Shown: positions 1 to 10,848, counted from the stretch's first letter. The stretch: DNA of 64,000 nucleotides from an uncultured Alphaproteobacteria bacterium (GCA_902579395.1 CACHGK010000002.1:89694-153693), one strand, 5' to 3'. Numbers and translations: made by a program. Notes: generated by a model not told the origin, from the letters alone.

Positions 1-1
1 A

Positions 2-190
2 AACGCAATTTCAATTTTGATTCTTTTCATCTCAATTTTTTTTCATTCTAATATTGGAATTAGTTCCATAATAGACGATTATTTTCATAATGAATTTTTA
101 AGAAAAAAAATTTTAATTTTTAAAAACTTTTTCTTTGTCATTCTTTTTTTTATAACAATATTTAGTGTAGTGAATTTAGCTATAAAATGA
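2..190 (+). CDS. sdhD: Succinate dehydrogenase membrane anchor subunit, 3' part (runs off window start; not in ORF track)
   Basis: Manual translation of frame 2: [35 protein letters not shown]...LAIK*. Has the H-x3-G-x3-IIDDY-x-H motif of SdhD; TGA overlaps the sdhA ATG (ATGA). Confidence 0.9.
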   Translation, partial: NAISILILFISIFFHSNIGISSIIDDYFHNEFLRKKILIFKNFFFVILFFITIFSVVNLAIK

Positions 191-1968
191 GTAAATTTGA
201 GAAAATAGAATTTGATGTCGTTGTTGTAGGTGCTGGCGGATCAGGATTAAGAGCTGTAATGGGATGCGCCTCAGCAGGTCTAAAAACAGCATGTGTTTCC
301 AAAGTTTTTCCTACAAGAAGCCACACAGTAGCTGCTCAAGGAGGAATAAGTGCAGCTTTGGGTAATATGGGAGAAGACGATTGGAAATGGCACATGTATG
401 ATACAGTTAAGGGTTCAGATTGGTTGGGAGATCAAGACGCAATTGCTTTCATGTGCAAAGAGGCACCAGATGCTGTGATTGAGCTGGAACATTTTGGTGT
501 CCCATTTTCAAGAACCGAAAAAGGGAAGATATATCAAAGACCATTTGGTGGAATGACCACACATTTTGGAGAAGGTATTGCTCAAAGAACATGCGCAGCT
601 GCTGATAGAACTGGTCATGCAATGCTTCATACCTTGTATCAACAATCTCTTTCCAATGAGGCTAAGTTTTTCATTGAATATTTTGCAATAGATTTAGTTA
701 TGAACGAGAAAAATGAATGTTGCGGTGTTCTTACATTTAGTCTTCATGATGGAAAGTTTTACTTTTTCTCGGCTAAAATGGTAATATTGGCTACCGGTGG
801 TTACGGTAGAGCTTATTTTTCCTGTACTTCGGCACATACATGTACAGGTGATGGTGGAGGAATGATTGTTAGAGCCGGTCTTCCACTGCAAGATATGGAG
901 TTCACTCAGTTTCATCCTACTGGTATATATGGTGTGGGAGTTTTGATAACTGAGGGAGCAAGAGGTGAAGGAGGATATTTGACTAATTCAGAGGGTGAAA
1001 GATTCATGGAAAGATATGCTCCAAATGCTAAAGACCTTGCTAGCAGAGATGTTGTTTCAAGGTCCATGACAACTGAAATAATGGAAGGTAGAGGTTGCGG
1101 TCCAAGAAAAGATCACATCCACTTAAATCTTCATCATCTAGATACAAAAGTTCTTCAAGAAAAACTTCCAGGAATCACAGAGTCTGCAAAAATTTTTGCA
1201 GGTGTTGATGTTAAGAAAAACCCAATCCCAGTTCAACCTACAGTACACTATAATATGGGAGGTATACCAACAAATATTCATGGAGAGGTCCTTAATTTAG
1301 ACTCTAAAGGTAGAGATAAAGTTGTTACTGGCCTTATGTCAATTGGTGAAGCCGCCTGTGTATCAGTTCATGGCGCCAATAGATTAGGATCTAACTCTCT
1401 CCTAGATTTAGTCGTTTTCGGTAAGTCTGCAGCAAAAAGATGTTCTCAAATCCTTGACACTAAAAAGGCAAATCCCAAAATATCTAATAATTTTATTGAT
1501 AAACTGATTCTTAATTTTCATAAAATAAAAGGCTCAAATGGTGATAAAAGTGTTTCCAGCATAAGGTTGGAAATGCAACACACTATGCAAAATTTTTGTC
1601 CAGTATATAGGTCTGAGGAAAAAATGATTGAGGGTAAAAAGAAGCTTTTATCCCTAATGGACGATTTCAATAACATTAAAATACACGACAAAAGTTTAAT
1701 TTGGAATACTGAAGTCATAGAAGCTTTAGAGTTGAAAAATCTTCTGTCACAGTGCATAGTGAGCATTGAAAGTGCATTGAATAGAAAAGAAAGTAGAGGG
1801 GCGCATTCTAGAATAGATTATTCAGAAAGGAATGATCAGAAATGGTTGAAACACTCTATGATCTGGGTTGATGAAAAAGGTTTAACAAAAACAAAATATA
1901 GAGATGTAAATCTCAAAACTAATACAAAAGAAATAAAAACCATTGAACCAAAAGCAAGAGTTTACTAA
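187..1968 (+). CDS. sdhA: Succinate dehydrogenase flavoprotein subunit
   Basis: [12 protein letters not shown] motif, [10 protein letters not shown] covalent-FAD His motif, [11 protein letters not shown]. Confidence 0.98.
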   Translation: MSKFEKIEFDVVVVGAGGSGLRAVMGCASAGLKTACVSKVFPTRSHTVAAQGGISAALGNMGEDDWKWHMYDTVKGSDWLGDQDAIAFMCKEAPDAVIELEHFGVPFSRTEKGKIYQRPFGGMTTHFGEGIAQRTCAAADRTGHAMLHTLYQQSLSNEAKFFIEYFAIDLVMNEKNECCGVLTFSLHDGKFYFFSAKMVILATGGYGRAYFSCTSAHTCTGDGGGMIVRAGLPLQDMEFTQFHPTGIYGVGVLITEGARGEGGYLTNSEGERFMERYAPNAKDLASRDVVSRSMTTEIMEGRGCGPRKDHIHLNLHHLDTKVLQEKLPGITESAKIFAGVDVKKNPIPVQPTVHYNMGGIPTNIHGEVLNLDSKGRDKVVTGLMSIGEAACVSVHGANRLGSNSLLDLVVFGKSAAKRCSQILDTKKANPKISNNFIDKLILNFHKIKGSNGDKSVSSIRLEMQHTMQNFCPVYRSEEKMIEGKKKLLSLMDDFNNIKIHDKSLIWNTEVIEALELKNLLSQCIVSIESALNRKESRGAHSRIDYSERNDQKWLKHSMIWVDEKGLTKTKYRDVNLKTNTKEIKTIEPKARVY

Positions 1969-1977
1969 TTTATACCT

Positions 1978-2736
1978 ATGGTACAGTTAACACTTCCAAA
2001 ACATTCACAGATCTCAAAAGGCAAAACATTTGGAGAAGATGGTGATAATAAAATTGCATTCAACGTTTACAGATGGAATAGAGAGTCGAAAGAGAACCCT
2101 AGAATTGATAAATTCTTCATCGATAAGTCAAAGCTCGGTCCAATGGTGCTAGATGCATTAATGTTTATAAAAAATCAAATTGATCCTTCATTAACATTCA
2201 GAAGGTCCTGCAGAGAGGGAATTTGTGGATCTTGCTCAATGAATGTTAACGGAACTAATACGCTTGCCTGCTTAAAACCAATTATTGGGAAAGAAATAAA
2301 TATATACCCTCTGCCACATATGAGGGTGCTTAAAGATCTTATTCCAGACTTATCAGACTTTTATGAGCAATATAAGTCAATTAAACCCTGGATTAAGAAC
2401 GGATCAAAACCCAAAAAAGAAAATATTCAATCACCTGAAGATCGAAAAAAGTTGGATGGACTCTACGAATGCGTTCTGTGTGCATGTTGTTCTACGTCTT
2501 GTCCTAGTTATTGGTGGAATGGAGATAAGTTCTTAGGACCAGCAATACTTTTACAGGCTTATAGATTTATTGTTGACAGCAGAGATAAAAATAAAAAAGA
2601 AAGATTAGAGCAGTTAAAAGATAAGTTTAAGCTCTACAGATGTCATACTATAATGAATTGCACAAAAACATGTCCGAAGAATCTAAATCCTGCAAAAGCT
2701 ATATCTGAAATTAAGAAGTTACAAGTTTCCTCATAA
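1978..2736 (+). CDS. sdhB: Succinate dehydrogenase iron-sulfur subunit
   Basis: [22 protein letters not shown] and [12 protein letters not shown] Fe-S motifs; follows sdhA. Confidence 0.98.
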   Translation: MVQLTLPKHSQISKGKTFGEDGDNKIAFNVYRWNRESKENPRIDKFFIDKSKLGPMVLDALMFIKNQIDPSLTFRRSCREGICGSCSMNVNGTNTLACLKPIIGKEINIYPLPHMRVLKDLIPDLSDFYEQYKSIKPWIKNGSKPKKENIQSPEDRKKLDGLYECVLCACCSTSCPSYWWNGDKFLGPAILLQAYRFIVDSRDKNKKERLEQLKDKFKLYRCHTIMNCTKTCPKNLNPAKAISEIKKLQVSS

Positions 2737-2738
2737 TT

Positions 2739-3761
2739 TTGAAAAATCTAAAATTTAAAACACTCTCCTACATTAAAAATTATAATCATGTAACTCCCAA
2801 CACTTTTCAAGTTAATGCAGCAACTGAAATAGAGGAAACATTAATTAACAACCAAAAATTAAATATTTTTAAAAACTCAAAATTCAATAAAAAAGGGATC
2901 TACATTCATGGATCAGTTGGTGTCGGTAAATCAGTCTTACTTTGTGCTTTAAATAAAGTATTTCCAAACTCTAAATTAATACACTTTAATGATTTAATAT
3001 TTAAACTTCAGTCAAAAAATAGATCTTCCTCTCACCACATTGAAATCTTAAAAAAAAAAAAATTACTTTTAATTGACGAATTTTTTATAAATAATCTTAC
3101 AATTTATATTCTTTTTAAGAATTTTTTAGAATATTTCGAAAATTTAAAAGTAACTATTATTATGAGTGGTAACAATAAATTATCAAAAATTTATAATGAT
3201 CCAGTTAACCCTAAATTATGTAAAGAAATTAATGATAAATTGAGAAGTTTTTTTTCTATTATTCAAATAAAATCTAAGGTTGATTATAGAGAAAAATATA
3301 AGATTAATCAGGATTTTTTTTTTATTAGACAACGCAAGAATAACCCTCAAAGCAAACTTATTAAAAATCTCTGCTCTGCATCAAAACCTGCTGAACAATT
3401 TTTTCATAGAGAAGGAAATAGCTTCAAATTAGAAAAAATTTACGGGAATATAATTGATCTTAATTTTAAGGATTTCTTTTCCAAAAACTTTGCATTTCAA
3501 GACTATGAAATCATTGCAAAAAATATAAGAATTTTTGTTATTAGAGATATTGTTAAAATGAATGAAAATTCGAAAAACTTATTATCAAGGTTTATTTCTT
3601 TTATAGATGTATTATATGAGAATAAAAATATACTTTCTATTTCAACAAATGTAGAATTAATTGAATTGTATTCTGGAAAAACAAATGCTAATGAATTTAA
3701 GAGAACAATATCTAGACTAAAAGAAATGGGTTCGAGTGATTACATTAATAAATATCTTTAG
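2739..3761 (+). CDS. zapE: AFG1/ZapE-family ATPase (divergent)
   Basis: GIYIHGSVGVGKS Walker A, LLLIDEF Walker B, RFISFIDVLYE, FKRTISRLKEM; usual position between sdhB and mdh. Confidence 0.85.
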   Translation: MKNLKFKTLSYIKNYNHVTPNTFQVNAATEIEETLINNQKLNIFKNSKFNKKGIYIHGSVGVGKSVLLCALNKVFPNSKLIHFNDLIFKLQSKNRSSSHHIEILKKKKLLLIDEFFINNLTIYILFKNFLEYFENLKVTIIMSGNNKLSKIYNDPVNPKLCKEINDKLRSFFSIIQIKSKVDYREKYKINQDFFFIRQRKNNPQSKLIKNLCSASKPAEQFFHREGNSFKLEKIYGNIIDLNFKDFFSKNFAFQDYEIIAKNIRIFVIRDIVKMNENSKNLLSRFISFIDVLYENKNILSISTNVELIELYSGKTNANEFKRTISRLKEMGSSDYINKYL

Positions 3762-3778
3762 AAATTAAAAAAGAATCA

Positions 3779-4723
3779 ATGAAATCCTTACATCAAAATT
3801 TTAAAAATATTGAAGAAGAGATAATTTTTTTGAAGAAAAAAAGGAAAGCGATTATCTTATCTCACTTCTATCAAGATGAAGATATTCAAGATATAGCTGA
3901 CTTTATTGGTGACTCACTTGATCTATCAAAGAAAGCGCAAAACACTAACGCTGATGTAATTGTTTTCTGTGGTGTTAGGTTTATGGCTGAAGTTGCAAAG
4001 ATACTTAGTCCAAATAAAAAAGTTATTATACCTGACATAAGAGCTGGATGTTCACTAGAGGAATCGTGCAAAGTCGAGGATTTCAAAAAATTTAAGTTTG
4101 AAAACCCTCATCATATTGTACTATCCTATATAAATTGTTCTGCTGAAATAAAGGCAGAGTCTGATATAATTGTTACTTCTTCAAATGCAGCCAAAATTAT
4201 AAATAGTCTTCCAAAGGACCAAAAGATTATTTTTGCTCCAGATAAACATTTGGGAGGTTATTTAAATAGAATAACAGGAAGAAAAATGAAGTTATGGAAT
4301 GGTACATGCATTGTACATGAGACATTTTCAGAAAGAGAACTTGTTAAAAAAAAAGTTAGACTTGCAAACAGTAAAATAATTGCTCATCCTGAATGTCCAG
4401 AAAATATTTTGAAGCATGCCGATTTTATAGGTTCCACATCAGCTCTTTTAAAGTTCATTTCTTCGGACAATTCAAAACAGTTTATTGTCGCAACAGAACC
4501 TCACATCATTCATCAGATGAAAAAAAACGAGCCATCGAAAGAATTTATTATTGCTCCTGGTAATGATGGAGATTGTTCATGTTCAAATTGTCCTTACATG
4601 GAACTCAATACACTTGAAAAACTAAGAAATTGCCTTTTAAACCTTTCCCCAGAAATTTCGATTAATAACGAACTGATTTTAAAAGCCAAGAAACCCTTAA
4701 ATTTCATGTTAAAATTAAGCTAA
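3779..4723 (+). CDS. nadA: Quinolinate synthase
   Basis: SHFYQ, GDSL, VFCGVRFMAE, AGCSL, YINCSA, CIVH, AHPEC, CPYM. Confidence 0.96.
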   Translation: MKSLHQNFKNIEEEIIFLKKKRKAIILSHFYQDEDIQDIADFIGDSLDLSKKAQNTNADVIVFCGVRFMAEVAKILSPNKKVIIPDIRAGCSLEESCKVEDFKKFKFENPHHIVLSYINCSAEIKAESDIIVTSSNAAKIINSLPKDQKIIFAPDKHLGGYLNRITGRKMKLWNGTCIVHETFSERELVKKKVRLANSKIIAHPECPENILKHADFIGSTSALLKFISSDNSKQFIVATEPHIIHQMKKNEPSKEFIIAPGNDGDCSCSNCPYMELNTLEKLRNCLLNLSPEISINNELILKAKKPLNFMLKLS

Positions 4724-4732
4724 AAAAAATTA

Positions 4733-5581
4733 GTGAATAAAAAGAACTTAATTAATTTATCCTATAAAAAACTAATCGAAGATCTTAAAGACGATCTTGA
4801 TGGAGATAATTTGAAAAACGATGTTACTTCAAATATTTTATTAAAAAATTCTGAAACGATAGAATGTATCATTTCTAATAGAGAATTTATGGTTATTTGT
4901 GGTGTCGAATTTATTACAAATTTCATTAAAAAAAAATTTCCTACAATAAGAACTAAATTTTTCTTCCAAGATGGTGAACCAATTAACATTAATTCCAAAT
5001 TGTTCACTTTACGGGGAAATGCAAAAATCATTTTAGGGGTTGAAAGAACAATTCTTAATTTTTTACAACACCTATCGAGTATATCAACAACAACTTTCCA
5101 ATTTGTGTCAAAATTAAAGCATTCAAACACTAAATTACTGAACACTAGAAAAACAACAACAGGATTGAGAAAGCTTGAAAAATATGCTTCCGTTATTGGA
5201 GGAGCAGTAAACCACAGAATGGGATTATACGATGACATTCTTGTAAAAGATAATCACATTAAAATCTTAGGTGGCATTCAAGAAACATTAAAATTTATCA
5301 ATAATAATAAAATTACTAAATATAAAATAGAATGTGAGAGTTTTAGAGAAGTTTTATTCTCTATATCAAAAGGGGCACATTATATCCTTTTAGATAATAT
5401 GAAGATTTCAGAGATAAAAAAATGTCTTATTTTAAAAACAAAAAATATTATATTTGAAATAACTGGTGGAATAACATTAGACAATATCTCAAAATATTCA
5501 CAGCTTGGGGCCGATTATATCTCGACAAGTAAAATTACAAATTCTCCTAATTCTGTAGATATTGGTTTAGACATAATATAG
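4733..5581 (+). CDS. nadC: Nicotinate-nucleotide pyrophosphorylase (quinolinate phosphoribosyltransferase)
   Basis: ERTILNFLQHLS, TRKT, NHRMGLYD, KDNH, ILLDNM; follows nadA. Confidence 0.93.
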   Translation: MNKKNLINLSYKKLIEDLKDDLDGDNLKNDVTSNILLKNSETIECIISNREFMVICGVEFITNFIKKKFPTIRTKFFFQDGEPININSKLFTLRGNAKIILGVERTILNFLQHLSSISTTTFQFVSKLKHSNTKLLNTRKTTTGLRKLEKYASVIGGAVNHRMGLYDDILVKDNHIKILGGIQETLKFINNNKITKYKIECESFREVLFSISKGAHYILLDNMKISEIKKCLILKTKNIIFEITGGITLDNISKYSQLGADYISTSKITNSPNSVDIGLDII

Positions 5582-5607
5582 AATTGAAAAGTTCAAGAGG
5601 AAGAGAT

Positions 5608-6555
5608 TTGAAAAAAATAAGTTTGATCGGAGCAGGTAATATTGGAACTATACTTGCTTATAATCTATCTAGAAAACACCTAGGAAATATCCTTATGGTT
5701 GACATAATTGAAGGGCTAGCCGAAGGAAAATGTCTCGATTTAGCACAAAGTTTTCCAGTGGAAAACATCAATACAACAGTTGAAGGTTCCTCTGATATAT
5801 CGAAAATTGAAGGGAGTTCTGTTGTAATTATAACCGCAGGAATAGCGAGAAAACCAGGAATGAGTAGAGACGATTTAATCGAAACAAATCTGTCGATAAT
5901 GAAAAATATAGGTAATGCAATAAAAAAATACGCATCTTCAGCTTTTGTAATTTGTGTTACAAATCCTCTTGACGCCATGGTTTGGTCTCTGAAACAAATA
6001 AGTGGATTGAAATCTAATATGATCACAGGAATGGCTGGTATTCTGGATTCAGCTCGTTTTAGATTTTTCCTTTCACAAAAACTAAATATCTCTGTAGAAA
6101 ATATTCAAACATTAGTTCTTGGAGGACATGGTGACACGATGGTGCCATTATTAGATTATACCTCAGTTAGCGGAATTCCGATTAAAAATCTTATTGATAT
6201 GAAAAAAATAGAAAAAAAAGATATTGATCAAATTGTTAGTAGGACCAGAAATGGAGGAGGTGAAATTGTTGCTTTAATGAAAAATAGTTCTGCTTTTTTC
6301 TCGCCTGCTTGTAGTGCTATAGAAATGCTAGAATCTTATTTATTAGATCAGAAAAAAATCTTACCATGCTCCGCATGTTTGAATGGTGAATATGGCGTTA
6401 AAGATTTATTTGTTGGTGTGCCAGTTATAATAGGTAAGAACGGCGTAGAAGAAATTATTGAACTTAAATTATCGAGCGAATCTCAAAAACAATTTACAAA
6501 ATCAGTCCAATCCGTGTCAGATTTAGTCAAAAAATGTAAAAAATTACTAGTCTAA
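5608..6555 (+). CDS. mdh: Malate dehydrogenase (LDH-like); TTG start at 5608 preferred over 5584
   Basis: KISLIGAGNIG, TAGIARKPGMSRDDL, TNPLDAM, LGGHGDTMVP; GAGGAAG Shine-Dalgarno-like sequence before 5608. Confidence 0.95.
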   Translation: MKKISLIGAGNIGTILAYNLSRKHLGNILMVDIIEGLAEGKCLDLAQSFPVENINTTVEGSSDISKIEGSSVVIITAGIARKPGMSRDDLIETNLSIMKNIGNAIKKYASSAFVICVTNPLDAMVWSLKQISGLKSNMITGMAGILDSARFRFFLSQKLNISVENIQTLVLGGHGDTMVPLLDYTSVSGIPIKNLIDMKKIEKKDIDQIVSRTRNGGGEIVALMKNSSAFFSPACSAIEMLESYLLDQKKILPCSACLNGEYGVKDLFVGVPVIIGKNGVEEIIELKLSSESQKQFTKSVQSVSDLVKKCKKLLV

Positions 6556-6581
6556 TAAAAAAAATTCATATATATTTTCGC

Positions 6582-6627
6582 TTTCAGACTTTTAACTTAT
6601 CTTTGTAGTTTAAAATCAAGTCTGAAA
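6582..6627. promoter_or_regulatory. Inverted repeat (hairpin or operator) in the mdh-sucC intergenic region
   Basis: Perfect 10-bp arms TTTCAGACTT (6582-6591) and AAGTCTGAAA (6618-6627), with further inner pairing; ends 19 nt before the sucC ATG. Function inferred. Confidence 0.5.
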
Positions 6628-6646
6628 ATAATTTTTGAGGATTTAA

Positions 6647-7816
6647 ATGGATATTCATGAATACCAAGCCAAACAACTATTAGGCAAATATGGAGTAAAT
6701 ATCCCACCGGGTGAAGTCGTTTATCAGACGCACGAAGCAGAAAATATAGTAACATGGTTGAATGAGGATAAGATTGTAGTAAAAGCTCAAGTCCATGCAG
6801 GTGGTCGAGGAAAATCAGGTGGGGTGAAAGTTTGCTCTAATGATGAAGAAGTAATTCAAACTGTTGATAAAATGATAGGCATGAAGATTATAACACCCCA
6901 AACTTCGGAGGATGGTAAAGTAGTGAGAAGAGTCTACTTGGAAAAAGGGTATCAAATCAAAAATGAACTTTATCTATGTATTACAATTGATAGAGAAACT
7001 GGTGGTAATACAATAATCTACTCAAAAAAGGGTGGAGTAAACATCGAAGAAGTCTCTGAAAAAACCCCAGATGAAATCTATAACATGAAGATAGCACCAG
7101 GCTCTGATTTGTTGACTCATCATGCTAGAACAATTGTTTATAATTTAGGATTAACTGGTTCTGTTGCAAAGCAAGCTCAAAAAAATATTCTTGCTATTTA
7201 TAAGGCATTTGTTTCACTTGACGCAGCAATGATTGAGATTAACCCTTTTGCAATAACAAATGAAAATGAGGTGGTTATTTTAGATTGTAAAGCATCTTTT
7301 GATGACAATGCTTTATATAGACAAAGAAGCGTGGCTGAGATGAAAGACGAAAATGAATACGATCCATTAGAATTAGAGGCAGCTAGACATGACCTTAATT
7401 ATGTTAAGCTGGATGGTAATATAGGACTTATGGTTAATGGTGCTGGTTTGTCAATGGCCACTATGGACATTATAAAATATTATGGAGGAGAAGCAGCTAA
7501 CTTTATGGATGTTGCAGGCGCAGCAACTCCTGAAAGGGTGGCTGCAGCTTTTAAATTGATATATAAAGATCCAGATGTTCAAGGAATTCTTATTAATATT
7601 TTTGGAGGTATGATGAGATGTAATGATATAGCTACTGGTCTTGTAAATGCATCGAAAGAGGTAGGTTTAGATAAACCGTTAGTTGTTAGATTGGAAGGAA
7701 CAAATGTAGATATGGGTAAGGACATTTTAAAAAACTCAGGTTTTCCTATAAAACCTGTTGATACAATGGAACAAGCAGCAAAAGACGTCGTTCAAATGGT
7801 AAAGGAAAAAAAATAG
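6647..7816 (+). CDS. sucC: Succinyl-CoA synthetase-family CoA ligase beta subunit (divergent substrate pocket)
   Basis: [51 protein letters not shown]. Confidence 0.85.
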   Translation: MDIHEYQAKQLLGKYGVNIPPGEVVYQTHEAENIVTWLNEDKIVVKAQVHAGGRGKSGGVKVCSNDEEVIQTVDKMIGMKIITPQTSEDGKVVRRVYLEKGYQIKNELYLCITIDRETGGNTIIYSKKGGVNIEEVSEKTPDEIYNMKIAPGSDLLTHHARTIVYNLGLTGSVAKQAQKNILAIYKAFVSLDAAMIEINPFAITNENEVVILDCKASFDDNALYRQRSVAEMKDENEYDPLELEAARHDLNYVKLDGNIGLMVNGAGLSMATMDIIKYYGGEAANFMDVAGAATPERVAAAFKLIYKDPDVQGILINIFGGMMRCNDIATGLVNASKEVGLDKPLVVRLEGTNVDMGKDILKNSGFPIKPVDTMEQAAKDVVQMVKEKK

Positions 7817-8691
7817 TGGCTGTATTACTTACAAGAGATTCAAAAATTATCTGTCAGGGATTTACAGGAGCTCAAGGCACCTTCCACTCCGAGCGCGCTA
7901 TAGCATACAACACAAATATTGTAGGAGGTGTCACACCAGAAAAAGGTGGATCTAAGCATCTAAATGTCCCAGTTTTTAATACCGTTGCTGAAGCAAAAAA
8001 ATCAACAGGTTGTAATGCAAGTGGTGTTTTTGTACCTCCCCCTTTTGCAGCTGATGCAATTTTAGAATCAGTTGAAGCAGAACTTGATCTTGTTGTATGT
8101 ATAACAGATGGGATTCCAACTAGTGACATGCAAAGAGTAAGAAGAGAAATGAAAGGTTGTAAAACAAGGTTAGTCGGACCAAACTGTCCAGGTGTTTTAA
8201 CTCCAGGTGTCGGAAAAATTGGAATTATACCTGGTCACATTTGTAAACCAGGCAGAATAGGTGTTGTATCAAGATCTGGGACTTTGTCATACGAATCTGC
8301 AGTTCAAACTGCCGAACTTGGACAATCAACTATTATTGGAATAGGTGGTGATCCAGTTAATGGCACTAATTTTGTTGACGCTCTCGAATTATTCTTAAAT
8401 GATTCTGACACTGATGGAATAGTATTAATTGGAGAAATAGGTGGTACTGCTGAAATAGATGGTGCAAACTTTATTAAGTCTTGGAAAGGTAAATTTAAAA
8501 AACCAGTAGCTGCATTTGTTGCTGGTGCAGCAGCTCCAAAGGGAAGAAAGTTAGGTCATGCAGGGGCAATTGTTAATAGTGGGGATGAAACAGCTGATGC
8601 TAAAAAAGACGCTCTTAAATCAGCTGGTGTAAATGTAGCAGACACCATAACAAGAATTGGCGACGCGATGAGAGAAGCAATGAAAATTTAA
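7816..8691 (+). CDS. sucD: Succinyl-CoA synthetase-family CoA ligase alpha subunit
   Basis: [37 protein letters not shown] phospho-His motif. Confidence 0.88.
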   Translation: MAVLLTRDSKIICQGFTGAQGTFHSERAIAYNTNIVGGVTPEKGGSKHLNVPVFNTVAEAKKSTGCNASGVFVPPPFAADAILESVEAELDLVVCITDGIPTSDMQRVRREMKGCKTRLVGPNCPGVLTPGVGKIGIIPGHICKPGRIGVVSRSGTLSYESAVQTAELGQSTIIGIGGDPVNGTNFVDALELFLNDSDTDGIVLIGEIGGTAEIDGANFIKSWKGKFKKPVAAFVAGAAAPKGRKLGHAGAIVNSGDETADAKKDALKSAGVNVADTITRIGDAMREAMKI

Positions 8692-8692
8692 A

Positions 8693-9217
8693 ATGGGTAC
8701 AAACGCTATCATATCATATTTAGGTGAAAATAAACCTAATCTTATTTCTCAAATAACCTCCTTCCTTACTGATATGGATGGTCAGTTTTCTGGAGTCACA
8801 TTCGCCACATTAGGAAGAGTCTGTGAATTAACGATGGTTTATCAAAAATCAGACAAACTGGAAATTGATGAAATCAAAAATGGACTGGAAAAGCTAGAAT
8901 CTGCCAAAAACGGAGAATTTCAAATTAAACTTCTGGAATCTTACACTGATGTTGGGCCTACATCAAAAATCTCTCATAGAATTGTTCTTTCTGGTGAAGA
9001 CCAAAAAGGTCTTTTAAATAAAATCATCAAAACGCTCAATGATAATAATGCTCTAATAATTCGAATGAATACTGAAAAAATTGCATTTCCTGATAAAACT
9101 CAATACATATGTAGATTCGCAATTTCAATAAGAGAAGAAAATGCTCCAGAGTGCTTATCACAAATGGTAAAAGTTGCAGGTGAAATGAAACTTACATTCA
9201 GGTATGAAACATCGTGA
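8693..9217 (+). CDS. Tandem-ACT-domain protein, GcvR-like (amino-acid/metabolite binding)
   Basis: Two ACT-like repeats (ISYLGENKPNLISQITSFL and IVLSGEDQKGLLNKIIKTL); 174 aa fits the GcvR architecture; 1 nt after the sucD stop. Confidence 0.7.
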   Translation: MGTNAIISYLGENKPNLISQITSFLTDMDGQFSGVTFATLGRVCELTMVYQKSDKLEIDEIKNGLEKLESAKNGEFQIKLLESYTDVGPTSKISHRIVLSGEDQKGLLNKIIKTLNDNNALIIRMNTEKIAFPDKTQYICRFAISIREENAPECLSQMVKVAGEMKLTFRYETS

Positions 9218-9218
9218 T

Positions 9219-10127
9219 TTATTCTGATCTGGGATGATTTTTTTCCAAAATCTTCTTCAAGTGATCATTACTCACTGCAGTGTACTTCTGAGTTGTTGAC
9301 AAAGATGAGTGACCAAGTAATTCTTGAATTGACCTTAAGTCTACAAAATTTTGAAGAAGAAGAGTTGCAAAACTATGTCTCAAAGAATGAGGTGTAGTAT
9401 TATTTGGTAAAATTATTCTTTTTCTGATTTGTCTTATTAACCTTTGAATAATTTCTGACTTAAGTCTACCACCTCTTTTACCTAGATAAATATAATCATT
9501 TTCGGAAAAATCAAATGGACATTCCTCTGTCATCTGGTTTATAAATATTTTTAATTCATGAGCTATTGGTATTAAACGAATTTTTTTTCCTTTTCCTAAA
9601 ACCCTTAAATCAACTGCGTCTATATCTTTTAGCTTTAGACTTAAAACTTCACTAATTCTGAGCCCATATCCCCACATTAAGATTATGAGAGATAAATTTC
9701 TCATCCTAATCCATTTTATTTTTTCATTTTTAACCTCATCAATTATTTTGAATATTTGATTCTCAGACAATGGTCTCGGTAAAGTTTCTATGAATTTTGG
9801 ACCCTTTATCAATAACAATTTTGAGCTTTTAATTATTTTTTTTTGAATTAAGTAAGTCACAAAACTTTTTAATGAAGATAGAGCACGAGCATTAGATCTA
9901 TGGCCTTTTCCTTTTTTTATTCTTTCAAAGAACCACGCAGATACGTCGTCCTCTTGTAATTGAGAAATCATAAGTGTTGTTACATTGGAATTTCTGTAAC
10001 TCTGTAAGAATTTTAGGAAAGATAAAAGATCTGACTCGTAAGAAATAATTGTATTGAAAGAGAGTCTTTTTTCATTTTTTATCCATGATTTCCATCCAGC
10101 GAGAATAGTTGATAAATTATTTATCAT
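9219..10127 (-). CDS. xerC: Tyrosine recombinase XerC
   Basis: GYGLRISE, GKGKKIR, TPHSLRHSFAT, IQELLGHSSLSTTQKYT; conserved DUF484/priA neighbourhood. Confidence 0.92.
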   Translation of the reverse strand: MINNLSTILAGWKSWIKNEKRLSFNTIISYESDLLSFLKFLQSYRNSNVTTLMISQLQEDDVSAWFFERIKKGKGHRSNARALSSLKSFVTYLIQKKIIKSSKLLLIKGPKFIETLPRPLSENQIFKIIDEVKNEKIKWIRMRNLSLIILMWGYGLRISEVLSLKLKDIDAVDLRVLGKGKKIRLIPIAHELKIFINQMTEECPFDFSENDYIYLGKRGGRLKSEIIQRLIRQIRKRIILPNNTTPHSLRHSFATLLLQNFVDLRSIQELLGHSSLSTTQKYTAVSNDHLKKILEKNHPRSE

Positions 10128-10779
10128 TTGAAAGTTTTATTAATTGTTCTTGCAATACATTGGAAAGAAATAAGATCAAATCATAGGCTTTGTTATCAAT
10201 AAAATGCTTATCACTACTTCCAAAAACTAAAAGTGATTTTGAACCAAGAATTTTTTTACTTAAAGAAAAAATCGCATTAGAGTAAATTTTTTTATCTAAA
10301 TTATTAAAAATTCCACTTTTGTGCTCTACCGCATCTACTATCAATTGTGACTCTTCGAAATATATTTTCTCAATATCCTCTGAATTTTTATGAATAAAAT
10401 GAAAACTTTTAGAAAATCTATCTTCACTTGTAACAATATTTATAATTTCAAGATTAAAAACTTTTGGTAAAATATCTATAATGTGTTTTGTGAGCTCTTG
10501 GAATTTAGATATCCTTAAAATATTAATTACTGTTTTATGAATTTTATTTTGAGTTAAAAAATTATAGTGAGCATTATCAATAATATTTTTCTGCTTATTT
10601 TTAAGATTTTCAATTATCCAGTCCTTAAATTGTATTACGTTCGTACTATCCTTATCAAAGACTCTAGTATAAGAGGGGAAAAGAATTTCATCTAACAGAC
10701 TTGAATTTTCAATAAAAAATTTAGGATTATTTTTTAAAAATTCAATTACATGTTCATCTTTAATTTTTTTTTTAATCAT
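10117..10779 (-). CDS. DUF484 (YigA-like) family protein
   Basis: N-terminal VIEFLKNNPKFF motif and LLVFGS near C-terminus; directly upstream of xerC, as typical for DUF484. Confidence 0.75.
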   Translation of the reverse strand: MIKKKIKDEHVIEFLKNNPKFFIENSSLLDEILFPSYTRVFDKDSTNVIQFKDWIIENLKNKQKNIIDNAHYNFLTQNKIHKTVINILRISKFQELTKHIIDILPKVFNLEIINIVTSEDRFSKSFHFIHKNSEDIEKIYFEESQLIVDAVEHKSGIFNNLDKKIYSNAIFSLSKKILGSKSLLVFGSSDKHFIDNKAYDLILFLSNVLQEQLIKLSNDK

Positions 10780-10848
10780 TCACTATAATAATATTTTATT
10801 AAAGAGATTAAACAATATTTTCATTAAATAATTTGTTATTATCCTAAA

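Noticed and set aside
9219-10127. XerC as the island's integrase or a prophage marker
   Set aside because: Housekeeping context (DUF484, priA), about 300 aa with no arm-binding domain, 41 kb from the island; the att core does not resemble dif
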